From assembly GCA_963713045.1 (NCBI GenBank), contig CAVQKE010000003.1, forward strand, positions 1,088,001-1,152,000: DNA of 64,000 bases. Direction: 5' to 3'. The position numbers were made by a program, and so were the translations under genes. This DNA is from an uncultured delta proteobacterium (GTDB taxonomy: Bacteria > Myxococcota > Myxococcia > Myxococcales > Myxococcaceae). The notes below the pieces were generated by a model. It had not been told where the DNA came from and searched no databases. It worked only from the letters and a program-made list of their open reading frames with translations. Positions 1-8,509 of the stretch are shown piece after piece (positions within the stretch are counted from its first letter, which is position 1; each line of letters begins with the position of its first letter).

Positions 1-237
1 CAAGCGTGCAACGACTTCACCGCCAGCAACCCATGCTCGGGCACTCTCCTGTGCCGCTGCGCCCTCACCACCTATGCGCCGGGCGTGAATACCTGCTTCT
101 GCACCGAGTCGTGCGACGTGCCGGCGACCTGTCCCAACGACGCAGGCTCCTGTCTGCAGGCCGATGACCCAGCGTCGCCCACCTCGGTCGACGGCCTGTT
201 CTGCTTCAATATCCAACCGGATGGCGGGCCTCTCTAG
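1..237 (+). CDS. 3' end of a Cys-rich protein (5' truncated by window edge), probably a myxobacterial secreted protein or lipoprotein
   Basis: Frame 1 is open from base 1 to TAG at 235-237 and reads QACNDFTASNPCSGTLLCRC...TCFCTESCDVPATCPNDAGSC...LFCFNIQPDGGPL, with many Cys and GC-rich third positions. Not in the ORF track. Confidence 0.7.
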   Translation, partial: QACNDFTASNPCSGTLLCRCALTTYAPGVNTCFCTESCDVPATCPNDAGSCLQADDPASPTSVDGLFCFNIQPDGGPL

Positions 238-650
238 CCTTTCGGACCTTCGCGCAATTCGGTGAGCACGCCCCGTGCGCCGCGCGGGTGAATGAAGGCC
301 ACCTTGGCGCCGCCTGCCCCGGGACGTGGGGCTTCATCAATCAGGGGGATGCCTGCCTCGCGGAGCGCCTTTAGGGTGCCTTCCAAGTCCTCCACTTCGA
401 GGCAAATGTGATGCAGCCCTTCGCCCCGCTTCTCGAGGAAGCGCCCCACCCCGGAGTCGACGGTGGTGGGACAGATGAGCTCCACCCGCCCCAGGCCCCG
501 GCCAAAGATGGCGGTGGTGACTTGTTGCTCGGGCACCTCCTCCACCGCCGCCAGTTCCAGGCCCAGCGTGTCCCGGTAGAGGCGGATGGCGGCCTCCAAG
601 TCCCGGACCACAATGGCCACGTGGTCCAACCCCTTGGCCTTCACCGTCAT
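234..650 (-). CDS. mce: methylmalonyl-CoA epimerase (VOC superfamily)
   Basis: LDHVAIVV, VELICP, GEGLHHICLEV and FIHPR..GVLTEL motifs. ATG at 650 follows a GGAGGAGG RBS and overlaps the mutM stop (ATGA). Confidence 0.88.
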   Translation of the reverse strand: MTVKAKGLDHVAIVVRDLEAAIRLYRDTLGLELAAVEEVPEQQVTTAIFGRGLGRVELICPTTVDSGVGRFLEKRGEGLHHICLEVEDLEGTLKALREAGIPLIDEAPRPGAGGAKVAFIHPRGARGVLTELREGPKG

Positions 651-1465
651 CGCTTCCTCCTCCCCGGTTGGCACCGGGGACAGAAATACGTCGAACGCCC
701 GGCTTGACGCACGCACTCGATGGTTCCCCGACAACGGAGGCAGCGCTTCCCCGCCCGCCCGTACACCCGGAAGGGGTTCGGCGTGCCGGGCTCCTCGACG
801 TAGGCAATCTCCTCGTCCGACTCGCGGTCCAGCGCAAAGCGGATGGAGGCCCGAATGGCGGTGGCCAGCCGACGCCACTCAACGCCGCGCAGCGAACCCA
901 CCGGACGCCAGGGGGAGAGCTTGGCCCGCCACAGCACCTCGGCGGCGTGAATGTTGCCCAATCCCGCCACCCGGCGCTGGTCCAAGAGGGCCACCTTCAG
1001 TGGGCGCCGGGAGCGGCCGAAGACGGCCTGTAGCTGCTTGCCGTCCAGCCGGTCCAGCACCGGGTCAACTCCCAACTGCAGGACGTCCGGCAGCTGTTCC
1101 AGTGTGTCCGCCGGCGCCGGATGAATGCGTCCAAAGAGGCGAGGGTCCCGGTAGTGCACCACCGAGCCATCGGCCAGCCAGAGTCGGGCACGGCTGTAGG
1201 GCTCGGTTTGGCCGGCCGGCCGCAACACCCACTTCCCGGTCATCCCCAGGTGGGCCAGGAAACCCTGGTTGTTCTCGAAGCCGAGCAGCAACGTCTTGCC
1301 CCGGCGCCGCGCAAAGTCCAGCCGGCCCCGCAGCCTCTCAAACGACGGCCGGTTCCCACCCCGAAAGACCCGCGTCCGGTCCGCTTCGGCCGCCGTCACC
1401 GCCGAGCCTGTAAGCCAGCTCTCCAGGTTGCGGCGGGCAATCTCGACTTCCGGGAGCTCCGGCAT
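647..1465 (-). CDS. mutM: formamidopyrimidine-DNA glycosylase
   Basis: N-terminal MPELPEVE, HLGMTG, DPRLFG, AGLGNI and a C-terminal CxxC...CPRCQ zinc finger. Confidence 0.96.
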   Translation of the reverse strand: MPELPEVEIARRNLESWLTGSAVTAAEADRTRVFRGGNRPSFERLRGRLDFARRRGKTLLLGFENNQGFLAHLGMTGKWVLRPAGQTEPYSRARLWLADGSVVHYRDPRLFGRIHPAPADTLEQLPDVLQLGVDPVLDRLDGKQLQAVFGRSRRPLKVALLDQRRVAGLGNIHAAEVLWRAKLSPWRPVGSLRGVEWRRLATAIRASIRFALDRESDEEIAYVEEPGTPNPFRVYGRAGKRCLRCRGTIECVRQAGRSTYFCPRCQPGRRKR

Positions 1466-1527
1466 GGGGGGTCGCCAATGCGCAGTGAAAGCATTAAGCC
1501 TAGCTCACCCTTCCCGGAGGCAACCCC

Positions 1528-2127
1528 ATGGCCGACAAGAAGTACATCCCCAAGACGTTTCCGCAGCTCAAGGGTCTCAAGGGCATCAGCGACGCCCTGT
1601 TGGAGTCCCACCTCAAGCTGTACGAGGGCTATGTCAACCGCGCCAACAAGCTCACCGAGACCCTCTTCGGCATGGCCAAGGAGAAGCAGGCCGCCGGCTC
1701 CAACCCGGCCTATGCCGAAATGTCGAGGCGACTGGGCTTTGAATACAACGGGATGATTCTCCACGAGTACTACTTCAACAATCTCAAGTCCGGGGCAGGT
1801 GACGCCGGCCCAGGCAGCAAGCTGAAGGGGGCCATCGAGGGCAGCTTCTCCAGCTTCGACATCTGGCTGGCGGACTTCAAGGCCATCGCCACCATGCCCG
1901 GCGTCGGCTGGGCCATCACCTACCAAAACCCGGAGAACGGCTGGCTCTCCAACCATTGGATTACGCTGCACGAAGAGGGAAACCCCGCCGGCTTCAAGCC
2001 GCTGCTGGTGATGGACGCTTGGGAGCACGCCTTCGTCCCGGACTACAAGCCCACCGAGCGGGCCAAGTACGTCGAGGCGTACTTCAGCAACATTGACTGG
2101 ACGGCGGCAGAGAGTCGGCTCAAGTAG
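1528..2127 (+). CDS. Fe/Mn superoxide dismutase family protein (ChrC-like branch)
   Basis: HLKLYEGYV, NGMILHEYYF and the DAWEHAF signature. GGAGG RBS. Confidence 0.88.
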   Translation: MADKKYIPKTFPQLKGLKGISDALLESHLKLYEGYVNRANKLTETLFGMAKEKQAAGSNPAYAEMSRRLGFEYNGMILHEYYFNNLKSGAGDAGPGSKLKGAIEGSFSSFDIWLADFKAIATMPGVGWAITYQNPENGWLSNHWITLHEEGNPAGFKPLLVMDAWEHAFVPDYKPTERAKYVEAYFSNIDWTAAESRLK

Positions 2128-2135
2128 AAGCCAGC

Positions 2136-2633
2136 ATGCCCAAGGCACCCCCAGCCGCACCCGGACGGGTGGGGGCGGCCAGCTTGGACGCTCTTGCCAC
2201 CCGAGCGCTTCCGTCGGTGGACTATGTCGACGACTTCTCCGGTCCGGTCCGCCCAGAGGCCAGGCTGGACGAGGTGGCGCGCCTCGTCTTCGCCGGCCCC
2301 CCGCTGACACTCCTCAGGCTGAGGGACGCCCTGGTGCGTCCCTTCGGGCTCAAGACGTCCGACCGCCCGCAGAATCGCGCCCTGCACTTTCTCCCGGGGG
2401 AGCAGCTTGGCCTTTTCACCCTTTATGCGCGGACCGCGGACGCCTTGCTGCTCGGCGCCGACGACCGCCACCTGGATTTTCGGGTCTGCCTGCGCGTGCC
2501 CGGCACCGGGCAAGCCACGCTGACCACGGTGGTGCGCTTTCACAACGGCTGGGGGCGCGCCTACTTCTTCCTCATCCGCCCCTTCCACGCCCTGGTGGTC
2601 CGGCGCCTGTTGCGCCGAGCTGCACCCACTTAG
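2136..2633 (+). CDS. DUF2867-like protein
   Basis: DYVDDF, LRDALVRPFGLK, DDRHLDFRV and HNGWGRAYFFLIRPFH patterns typical of this family. Confidence 0.75.
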   Translation: MPKAPPAAPGRVGAASLDALATRALPSVDYVDDFSGPVRPEARLDEVARLVFAGPPLTLLRLRDALVRPFGLKTSDRPQNRALHFLPGEQLGLFTLYARTADALLLGADDRHLDFRVCLRVPGTGQATLTTVVRFHNGWGRAYFFLIRPFHALVVRRLLRRAAPT

Positions 2634-3265
2634 CGGTTAGCCGCCAGCAGCCCGCGGAGGCGCTCGCGCACGCCCGGCCACTCGGCTTGGACGAGGGAGT
2701 AGTAGGCCGTGTCACGAATGGCACCGTCGGCAGCAGGGCTTGCGCCTCGCAGCACCCCGTCGAGTCGTGCGCCCAGCCTTTCGATGGCGGTGCGTGAGCG
2801 GGCATTTCTAGAGTCCGTCTTGATGGTCACTCGGTGGACTTCCCAAGCCTCAAAAGCGTGCGCCAGCATCAACAGCTTGGCCTCGGTGTTGAGCGCCGTG
2901 CGCTGGGCTTCCGGCGCAAGCCAGCTGTAGCCAATCTCCACCGCGTCGGGCACCCCCAGTGGGCGGCGGAGCGGGTGACCCTCCGGCCAGCTCCAGTATT
3001 CAGCCGACCAAAACCGCGTCGAGCCAACCACCCTGCCCTGCGCACGTTCCACCGTGGCAAAGGGCAGCGCCGTCTTGGCTTGGGCCTGCGCGAACGCCTC
3101 CTCCAGGTAGGCGGCCATCCCCTGCGCTGTGGCCGGCACCGAGGTCAGCCGGTAGCTGTCCCGGTGGCGGCCGGCGATGGCGGCCAGGGCCGGAAGGTGC
3201 GCGCTCGACAGCGGCTCGAGGCGGACATGCGTCCCTTCCAGGACGAGCGGGCGGAAGAGCTCCAT
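2630..3265 (-). CDS. GNAT N-acetyltransferase, RimJ/RimL-like
   Basis: LEGTHVRLEPL, VVGSTRF, EIGYSWL, NTEAKLLML and NARSRTAIERLG. Start chosen at internal ATG 3265. Confidence 0.88.
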   Translation of the reverse strand: MELFRPLVLEGTHVRLEPLSSAHLPALAAIAGRHRDSYRLTSVPATAQGMAAYLEEAFAQAQAKTALPFATVERAQGRVVGSTRFWSAEYWSWPEGHPLRRPLGVPDAVEIGYSWLAPEAQRTALNTEAKLLMLAHAFEAWEVHRVTIKTDSRNARSRTAIERLGARLDGVLRGASPAADGAIRDTAYYSLVQAEWPGVRERLRGLLAANR

Positions 3266-3449
3266 CGGTGCAAAGGCTGCCAGCTTGCCTGAGCCCAAGC
3301 GCTTTCGGCGAGCACAGTTGCCCGCTGGCCGCACACCTTTCGCGGACCCTGGGTGGCCCCCCGCCGGGTCCCCTCCCGTCGGCCAGAGAGGCTAGCCTCT
3401 GGCATCGAGGCGTTTCCCCCTGTCAGCATCCCCCATCCGCCCCATCCCG

Positions 3450-3608
3450 GTGCCTACCCCCGCTGGCCCGGCCACCGCGTCCCCTCGGGTCGCAGCCGTC
3501 GAGCAGCTGGTCCGCACCTGTCCCAACTGCAGCCGGGCGCTGGAGGAGCGCAAATGCAAACTCTTCTGCCGCTGCGGGTACTACGCCTCCTGCTCCGACT
3601 TCTACTGA
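3450..3608 (+). CDS. 52-aa Cys-rich zinc-finger microprotein (not in ORF track)
   Basis: GTG 3450 to TGA 3608 reads (M)[51 protein letters not shown]. It fills an otherwise empty gap and its stop overlaps the convergent yihY-like stop. Confidence 0.75.
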   Translation: MPTPAGPATASPRVAAVEQLVRTCPNCSRALEERKCKLFCRCGYYASCSDFY

Positions 3609-4471
3609 CGGGCGGCGGCGGGTGGCCCTTCTTCCACGGGTGAAGCCAGCACCGCATTCACCAGGCCGCCGAAAAGGAAGGCGAAGGCGGAAAGGTAAAA
3701 CCAAGTGAGGAGCACCATCACCGCAGCAATCGAGCCGTAGGCCAAATTCACCCGCTCCACGTTGCCCGTCCAGAGCCCCACCCCCCACGTCACTGCCACC
3801 CACAGCAGCGCCCCCACCGCCGAGCCGGGAGTCACCAGGTGAAAGCGGCCATCCACGTCCGGCAGCCGGTAGTAGGCGAAGGCCATTGCCCCCATCACCA
3901 TCAGGGAAGTCATTGGCCAGCGCAGCCAGCCCCAGAAGACGAGGAATTCGGTGCGCAGGCCAAACCAGACGAAGAGGCGCAAGCCGACGCGGCCGCCCAG
4001 CACCACGGCCACCAGCCCGGCCACCACCAGCAGCGTTGCTGCCAACGTCACGCCAAGGCTGTTGAGCTGCGTCCTCCACCACGGGCGCCGTTCGACCACG
4101 TGGTAGGCGTGGTTGAGCGTCACCCGCATGGCGTCCACGCCCCGTGAGGCGCTCCACAGCGACACCAACAGCCCGAGGCCCAACAGCTGCGGCCGGGGCT
4201 GACGGATGAGTTGGTGCAAGTGCCCCTCCAGCACCTCAGACACTTCCACCGGCAATACGCCGTGCATGCCGCGCATCAGGGCATCCACCGCCGGCTGAAG
4301 CGGCAGGTACGCCGCCAGCGTCACCAAGAAAAAGAGGAAGGCAAACACCGAGAACAGGAGGGCAAAGGCAAGCTGCGCCGCGGCGTCTGCCAGAAACACC
4401 TCCCGGTAACGCTCCCAAAGACGGCCCAGGAACACCCGCAGCGAGTTGCGCTCCCGGAGAAAGATGTGCAC
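3602..4471 (-). CDS. YihY/virulence factor BrkB family membrane protein
   Basis: [23 protein letters not shown] and [17 protein letters not shown] motifs. The upstream part of the 668-aa ORF is shadow of the DMT gene; GTG 4471 chosen as start. Confidence 0.88.
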   Translation of the reverse strand: MHIFLRERNSLRVFLGRLWERYREVFLADAAAQLAFALLFSVFAFLFFLVTLAAYLPLQPAVDALMRGMHGVLPVEVSEVLEGHLHQLIRQPRPQLLGLGLLVSLWSASRGVDAMRVTLNHAYHVVERRPWWRTQLNSLGVTLAATLLVVAGLVAVVLGGRVGLRLFVWFGLRTEFLVFWGWLRWPMTSLMVMGAMAFAYYRLPDVDGRFHLVTPGSAVGALLWVAVTWGVGLWTGNVERVNLAYGSIAAVMVLLTWFYLSAFAFLFGGLVNAVLASPVEEGPPAAARQ

Positions 4472-4482
4472 GGCCCTGCATG

Positions 4483-5394
4483 CTAGGGCCCGCCGGCCCG
4501 CGGCGGGAATTCCCTCCCCACCGGAGACTGCGTGAGGCGCACCCCGAGAAGCACCAGCGCCCCGCCCAGCAGCACTTCGGCGCCAATCGGCTCTCCCAGG
4601 GCCAGCCGCGCGGCCAGTGCAGTGGCCACCGGCTGGAGGTTGGAAAAGACGGCCACCTTGGAGGCGTCGGTCCGGCCCAGCGCTGAAAACCAAATGAGGT
4701 ACGACAGCACCGAGCTGCCGAGGCCGAGGTAAAGAAGCGCTGCCTTGCCCACCGGCGAAGCGCCGGCCACCACCTCCGGCCGAAGCACCCACGCAGCCAG
4801 CGGAAGCAGCCACAGCGCCGAAGCGACGTTGGACCAGGCGCTGGTACGCAGCGCGCCCTCGGCGGCCACCAGCGTCCGACCCAGCGTCGTGTAAAACACC
4901 CAGGCCAGCATCGAGCCGAGGAGCAGTAGGTCCCCAACAAAATAGCCGGACAGCGCCTGAAGCCCCGGGCCGAGCAGCAGCACCAACACGCCGCCCAAGG
5001 CGATGGCGATGCCCAGGCTGGCCGTCCAGCGCGCCCGCTCGCGCCCACGGGCCAGTTCCACCAGGTACACCCCCAACGGGGTGAGGGAGAAAATGAGAGC
5101 CCCATGGGCCGCGCTGCTGGTGCGCATTCCCAAGAGAAACAGGGCCTGGTTGAGCGGGCCCGACAGCAGCCCCAGCACCGCCACCCGGCCCAGCACCGCC
5201 CGTGGTGGGAAACGGGGTGCGGGAAGCAGGGCCAGCAGCAGCATGAAGGCGCTCGCGCTCACCAGCAGCCGCCACACCAACAGCGTCAGCGGCGGTAGCT
5301 CGGCCACGCCCCGCTTGGCAGCGAGGTAGGTGAGGGCGCTCAGCACCACGTGCACCGACATCAGGCCCACCACCGAGCGCTCGGCGCCCCTCAT
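4483..5394 (-). CDS. DMT/EamA family transporter
   Basis: About 10 hydrophobic segments in two EamA repeats; NLQPV...LGE. Confidence 0.9.
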   Translation of the reverse strand: MRGAERSVVGLMSVHVVLSALTYLAAKRGVAELPPLTLLVWRLLVSASAFMLLLALLPAPRFPPRAVLGRVAVLGLLSGPLNQALFLLGMRTSSAAHGALIFSLTPLGVYLVELARGRERARWTASLGIAIALGGVLVLLLGPGLQALSGYFVGDLLLLGSMLAWVFYTTLGRTLVAAEGALRTSAWSNVASALWLLPLAAWVLRPEVVAGASPVGKAALLYLGLGSSVLSYLIWFSALGRTDASKVAVFSNLQPVATALAARLALGEPIGAEVLLGGALVLLGVRLTQSPVGREFPPRAGGP

Positions 5395-6413
5395 CGGGCG
5401 AGGCGCTCAAGGGCCCAGCGCGCCGCCTCCTGCACGGTGGCACTGGCGTCGGCGCACAGCGCTTCCAGCACCGGGCGCGCGTTGCTGTCCCGCGCCGCGC
5501 CGAGCGCATAGGCGGCATTGCGCCGCAGGCCGTCGAAGCCGGCGCGCGCCAGCGCCGTGCCGGGCACCAAGGCGTCGTATTCAGCGCGGCTGAGCGCCGC
5601 CAGCGCACGCACGTCCAACGCCGCCACCGGCCGCGGCTGAAAGCGCGCGTTGGACGTCGCGACCGGGTTTGCGTTCAGCGGGCACACGGACTGGCAGACG
5701 TCACAGCCAAACACGGTGCCCTCGAAGGCCGAACGCAGCGCCACGGGCACACTCTCGGCGTTCTCGATGGTTTGGTACGAGAGGCAAGCTCGGGCGTCCA
5801 CCCGGCCCAAGCCATCCAGCGCGGCGGTCGGGCAGGCGTCGACGCACAGCCGGCAGCGTCCGCAGCGGTCCAGTCCCGGGCCGGCCCCATAGGCCTCGGC
5901 TTCGACGGCCCAGTCGAGCACCAACACCGCCAGCACCACCCAGGAGCCGTACTCCTCGGTCACCAGGCAGCCGTTGCGAGCGACGTAGCCGAGGCCTGCG
6001 CGCGCGGCCCAAACCTTCTCCATAAACGGGCCATGGTCCACTGAACCGTAGTCGGCCACCCCTGGAAATTCCTCGCGTAGCCCTCGGCGCAGGGCGCGCA
6101 GCCGGTCCTGCAGGGTGGCGTGGTAGTCGCGTCCGCGGGCATAGCTGGCCACCGGAGAGCCGTCTTGAAACGGCGCCTCGATGAAGTAGTTGCAAGCCAG
6201 GGCCACCACCGTCTGGGCGCCAGGAAGCAGTCGGCGCGGGTCCAGCCGGTCGGCGGCGCGCTCCGCCATCCAGTCCATGTCCGCCGCCATGCCCGCTTCC
6301 AGCCAATCGAAGAGGGTCCGCTCGGGAAGGGCCTCGGCCCGGGCGAAGCCCACCAAGTCAAAACCGGTGGCGAGCGCCAGCCGCCGCACGCCGGACGCTG
6401 GGAGGACACTCAC
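5391..6413 (-). CDS. queG: epoxyqueuosine reductase
   Basis: MDWM, YARGRDYH, EKVWAARAGLG, CGRCRLCVDACPT, CLSYQTIE, FGCDVCQSVCP and a C-terminal HEAT-like segment. Confidence 0.95.
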   Translation of the reverse strand: MSVLPASGVRRLALATGFDLVGFARAEALPERTLFDWLEAGMAADMDWMAERAADRLDPRRLLPGAQTVVALACNYFIEAPFQDGSPVASYARGRDYHATLQDRLRALRRGLREEFPGVADYGSVDHGPFMEKVWAARAGLGYVARNGCLVTEEYGSWVVLAVLVLDWAVEAEAYGAGPGLDRCGRCRLCVDACPTAALDGLGRVDARACLSYQTIENAESVPVALRSAFEGTVFGCDVCQSVCPLNANPVATSNARFQPRPVAALDVRALAALSRAEYDALVPGTALARAGFDGLRRNAAYALGAARDSNARPVLEALCADASATVQEAARWALERLAR

Positions 6414-6429
6414 GGCCTCGTCCGGCGCC

Positions 6430-6984
6430 TCACGTTGGCTTCTCCGGCACCCACTTCACGTCCTGCACGCCGGCCCGGTGGTTGACCGCGCGGGCCAGGA
6501 CGAAGAGCAAGTCCGAGAGCCGATTGAGATATTGCAGCACCTGGCCGTCGACGGTGCCGTTGCGCACCAGCGGCACCACCGAGCGCTCGGCCCGGCGGCA
6601 CACCGTGCGCGCCAAGTGCAAGCCGGCGGAGCCGGGCGAGCCCCCGGGAAGAATGAAGTGCGTCATCTTCGGCAGCTCGACGTCCAGCGCGTCCATTGCC
6701 GATTCCATCTCGACCACCCACTCGGCCTTCACGTGAGGAATGTGGGCGTCGGCCTTGCTTTCCTTCGGGGTGGCGAGGACCGCCCCGACAGTGAAGAGTT
6801 GCTGCTGAAGCCTCTGGCACACTTCGTCCAAGGCGCCCAGCCCCGCCGCCCGGGCCACGCCGAGGGTGGCGTTCAGTTCGTCCAGGTCGCCGTAGGCCGC
6901 CACCCGCGGGCTGTCTTTGCTGACACGGCCTCCGCCGAAGAGGCCGGTTTCACCGCCGTCGCCAGTCTTCGTGTAAATCTTCAC
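6430..6984 (-). CDS. ATP:cob(I)alamin adenosyltransferase, PduO/MMAB type
   Basis: KIYTKTGDGGET, AYGDLDELN, FILPGG, ARTVCRRAER and YLNRLSDLLF. Confidence 0.95.
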   Translation of the reverse strand: MKIYTKTGDGGETGLFGGGRVSKDSPRVAAYGDLDELNATLGVARAAGLGALDEVCQRLQQQLFTVGAVLATPKESKADAHIPHVKAEWVVEMESAMDALDVELPKMTHFILPGGSPGSAGLHLARTVCRRAERSVVPLVRNGTVDGQVLQYLNRLSDLLFVLARAVNHRAGVQDVKWVPEKPT

Positions 6985-7023
6985 GCTCCGCTCCTCTAGC
7001 AGGCCTCAGCAGCGAAAGGCACC

Positions 7024-7917
7024 ATGGTTCCCCTTCCGGCGGCGCGGCGACCGAGCGGCCCGCTCCTCATTCTCGCTGCCGCCGCGCTGTGGAGTACCGC
7101 CGGCGCCGCCATCAAACTGTGCGGCCTCAACGCCTGGCAAATCTCCCTCGGCCGTTCGCTGGTGGCCGCCTGGGTGCTGTGGCTGCTGTTACCCGGAGCG
7201 CGGGCGCGCCCCACCCGGCGCACCTGGGGGGTGGCCGCGGCCTACGCCGTGACGGTGGTGCTGTTCACCGTTGCCAACAAGCTCACCACGTCCGCCAACG
7301 CCATTTTCCTTCAGGACACGGCGCCTCTGTACGTGCTTCTGCTGAGCCCGCTGCTGCTGGGCGAGCGGCCGTCACGCTCGGAGCTCTGGTCGGTTCCCCT
7401 CTTCCTGGTGGGCTTGGGCCTCTTCTTTCGGGACCAGCTGACCCCAGGGCAGCTCTCCGGAAATCTCATCGCGCTGGCCAGCGGCGTCTCGTTTGCACTG
7501 TGCATTCTCGGGCTGCGGCGGCTGGCCGGGGGCAACGCCCCGGCACTGGTCCTCGGAAATCTGCTGGCCACGGCGGCCTCGCTGCCGGGCGCCGTCGGTG
7601 GGCCGGCCGTCACCGCGACCGACTTGGCCATTGTCCTATTTCTCGGCGTCTTCCAACTCGGGCTTTCCTACGCCCTCTTCGCCCGGGGCCTGCGCTCCAC
7701 GCCCGCCACCGAAGCCTCGCTGCTGGCGCTGCTCGAGCCGGTGCTGAACCCGGTGTGGACCTTCCTCTTGGCCGGCGAGCGCCCGGGGCCTTGGGCCCTC
7801 GTCGGCGGTGGCCTGGTGCTGCTCGGCACGCTGTGGCGCACCCTTGCCCCGTGGGTGGAGGCGCGCCTGTCCAACGGCGGCTCCCCCACCGCCGGGACCT
7901 CCTCCGGCGGCTACTAG
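7024..7917 (+). CDS. DMT/EamA family transporter
   Basis: ALWSTAG, TTSANAIFLQ and LLEPVLNPVW...GE; about 10 TM segments. Confidence 0.9.
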   Translation: MVPLPAARRPSGPLLILAAAALWSTAGAAIKLCGLNAWQISLGRSLVAAWVLWLLLPGARARPTRRTWGVAAAYAVTVVLFTVANKLTTSANAIFLQDTAPLYVLLLSPLLLGERPSRSELWSVPLFLVGLGLFFRDQLTPGQLSGNLIALASGVSFALCILGLRRLAGGNAPALVLGNLLATAASLPGAVGGPAVTATDLAIVLFLGVFQLGLSYALFARGLRSTPATEASLLALLEPVLNPVWTFLLAGERPGPWALVGGGLVLLGTLWRTLAPWVEARLSNGGSPTAGTSSGGY

Positions 7918-7990
7918 CGCTTCCTTCGGTTGGGGGGGAAGGCGCAGGCCCTGGGCGTCGCGCAGACAGGATGGAAGGGACAGCGAGGGG

Positions 7991-8352
7991 CTACAGGCGG
8001 GTCGGGCAGAGCTCGTTCGGTGGGTTGTTGCAGCAGGCGAGCACCTCTTTGCTCCTGCTCAACGTGACGGTGGTCGCCGTGTTGGAGTCCTGACCACCGT
8101 TGGCCGCCATGGCGCCGTCCGTGCCGAGCCAGGAGGCCCAAGTCAAGCCGGCGTTGGCGGTGGCCTCCAAGCTGACGACGGTGCCAGCGTCGAAGCCGTA
8201 GGTGCCGGTGGCGGTGAGCCCACGGTGACGCGGCACCAGTCCAGGTCGCTGACCACGGACAGCAGGTAGCTGGACGCCGGGGCGGTCCCGGAGGAGATGC
8301 TGCCGCTGCACGCCACCACCACGAAGAGGGCCGCCGTCAGCAGCCTCTTCAT
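7991..8352 (-). pseudogene. frameshifted small lipoprotein with a bacterial repeat (InlB-B/Flg_new-like) segment; true pseudogene or sequence error
   Basis: The N-part MKRLLTAALFVVVAC-SGS (lipobox) is in ORF 8143..8532. The C-part TATGTYGFDAGTVVSLEATANAGLTWASWLG...CCNNPPNELC is in a different frame (ORF 7991..8311). The switch is near 8220. Confidence 0.65.
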
Positions 8353-8454
8353 GTCTGGACTCCAGTCAGCGGCACCCTTCTTTTGCGATGGCCTCCTCAA
8401 GGCGACCCCAGAGAGCATCGCATGTCGGGCCGCGGCCGGCCTTGGGCTGGCGGC

Positions 8455-8506
8455 GAAGGCTGGTGCCTGGCCGTGAGGCAGAAACCCCGCGGGGGCCTTC
8501 TTTTTT
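8455..8506 (+). terminator. branched stem GAAGGC/GCCTTC followed by a T6 tract (intrinsic terminator-like)
   Basis: 8455-8460 pairs with 8495-8500 and is followed by TTTTTT at 8501-8506. Confidence 0.45.
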
Positions 8507-8509
8507 GTC

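Noticed and set aside
4472..5608. N-terminal extension of the 668-aa YihY ORF (similar extensions on the mce, M20, FTR1 and ABC permease ORFs)
   Set aside because: The low-complexity Arg/Gly/Ala translation overlaps real genes in other frames. Downstream starts fit the family lengths.
8455..8500. Active hammerhead ribozyme
   Set aside because: The topology is similar, but the core is CUGGUGC instead of CUGAUGA and there is no NUH cleavage triplet.
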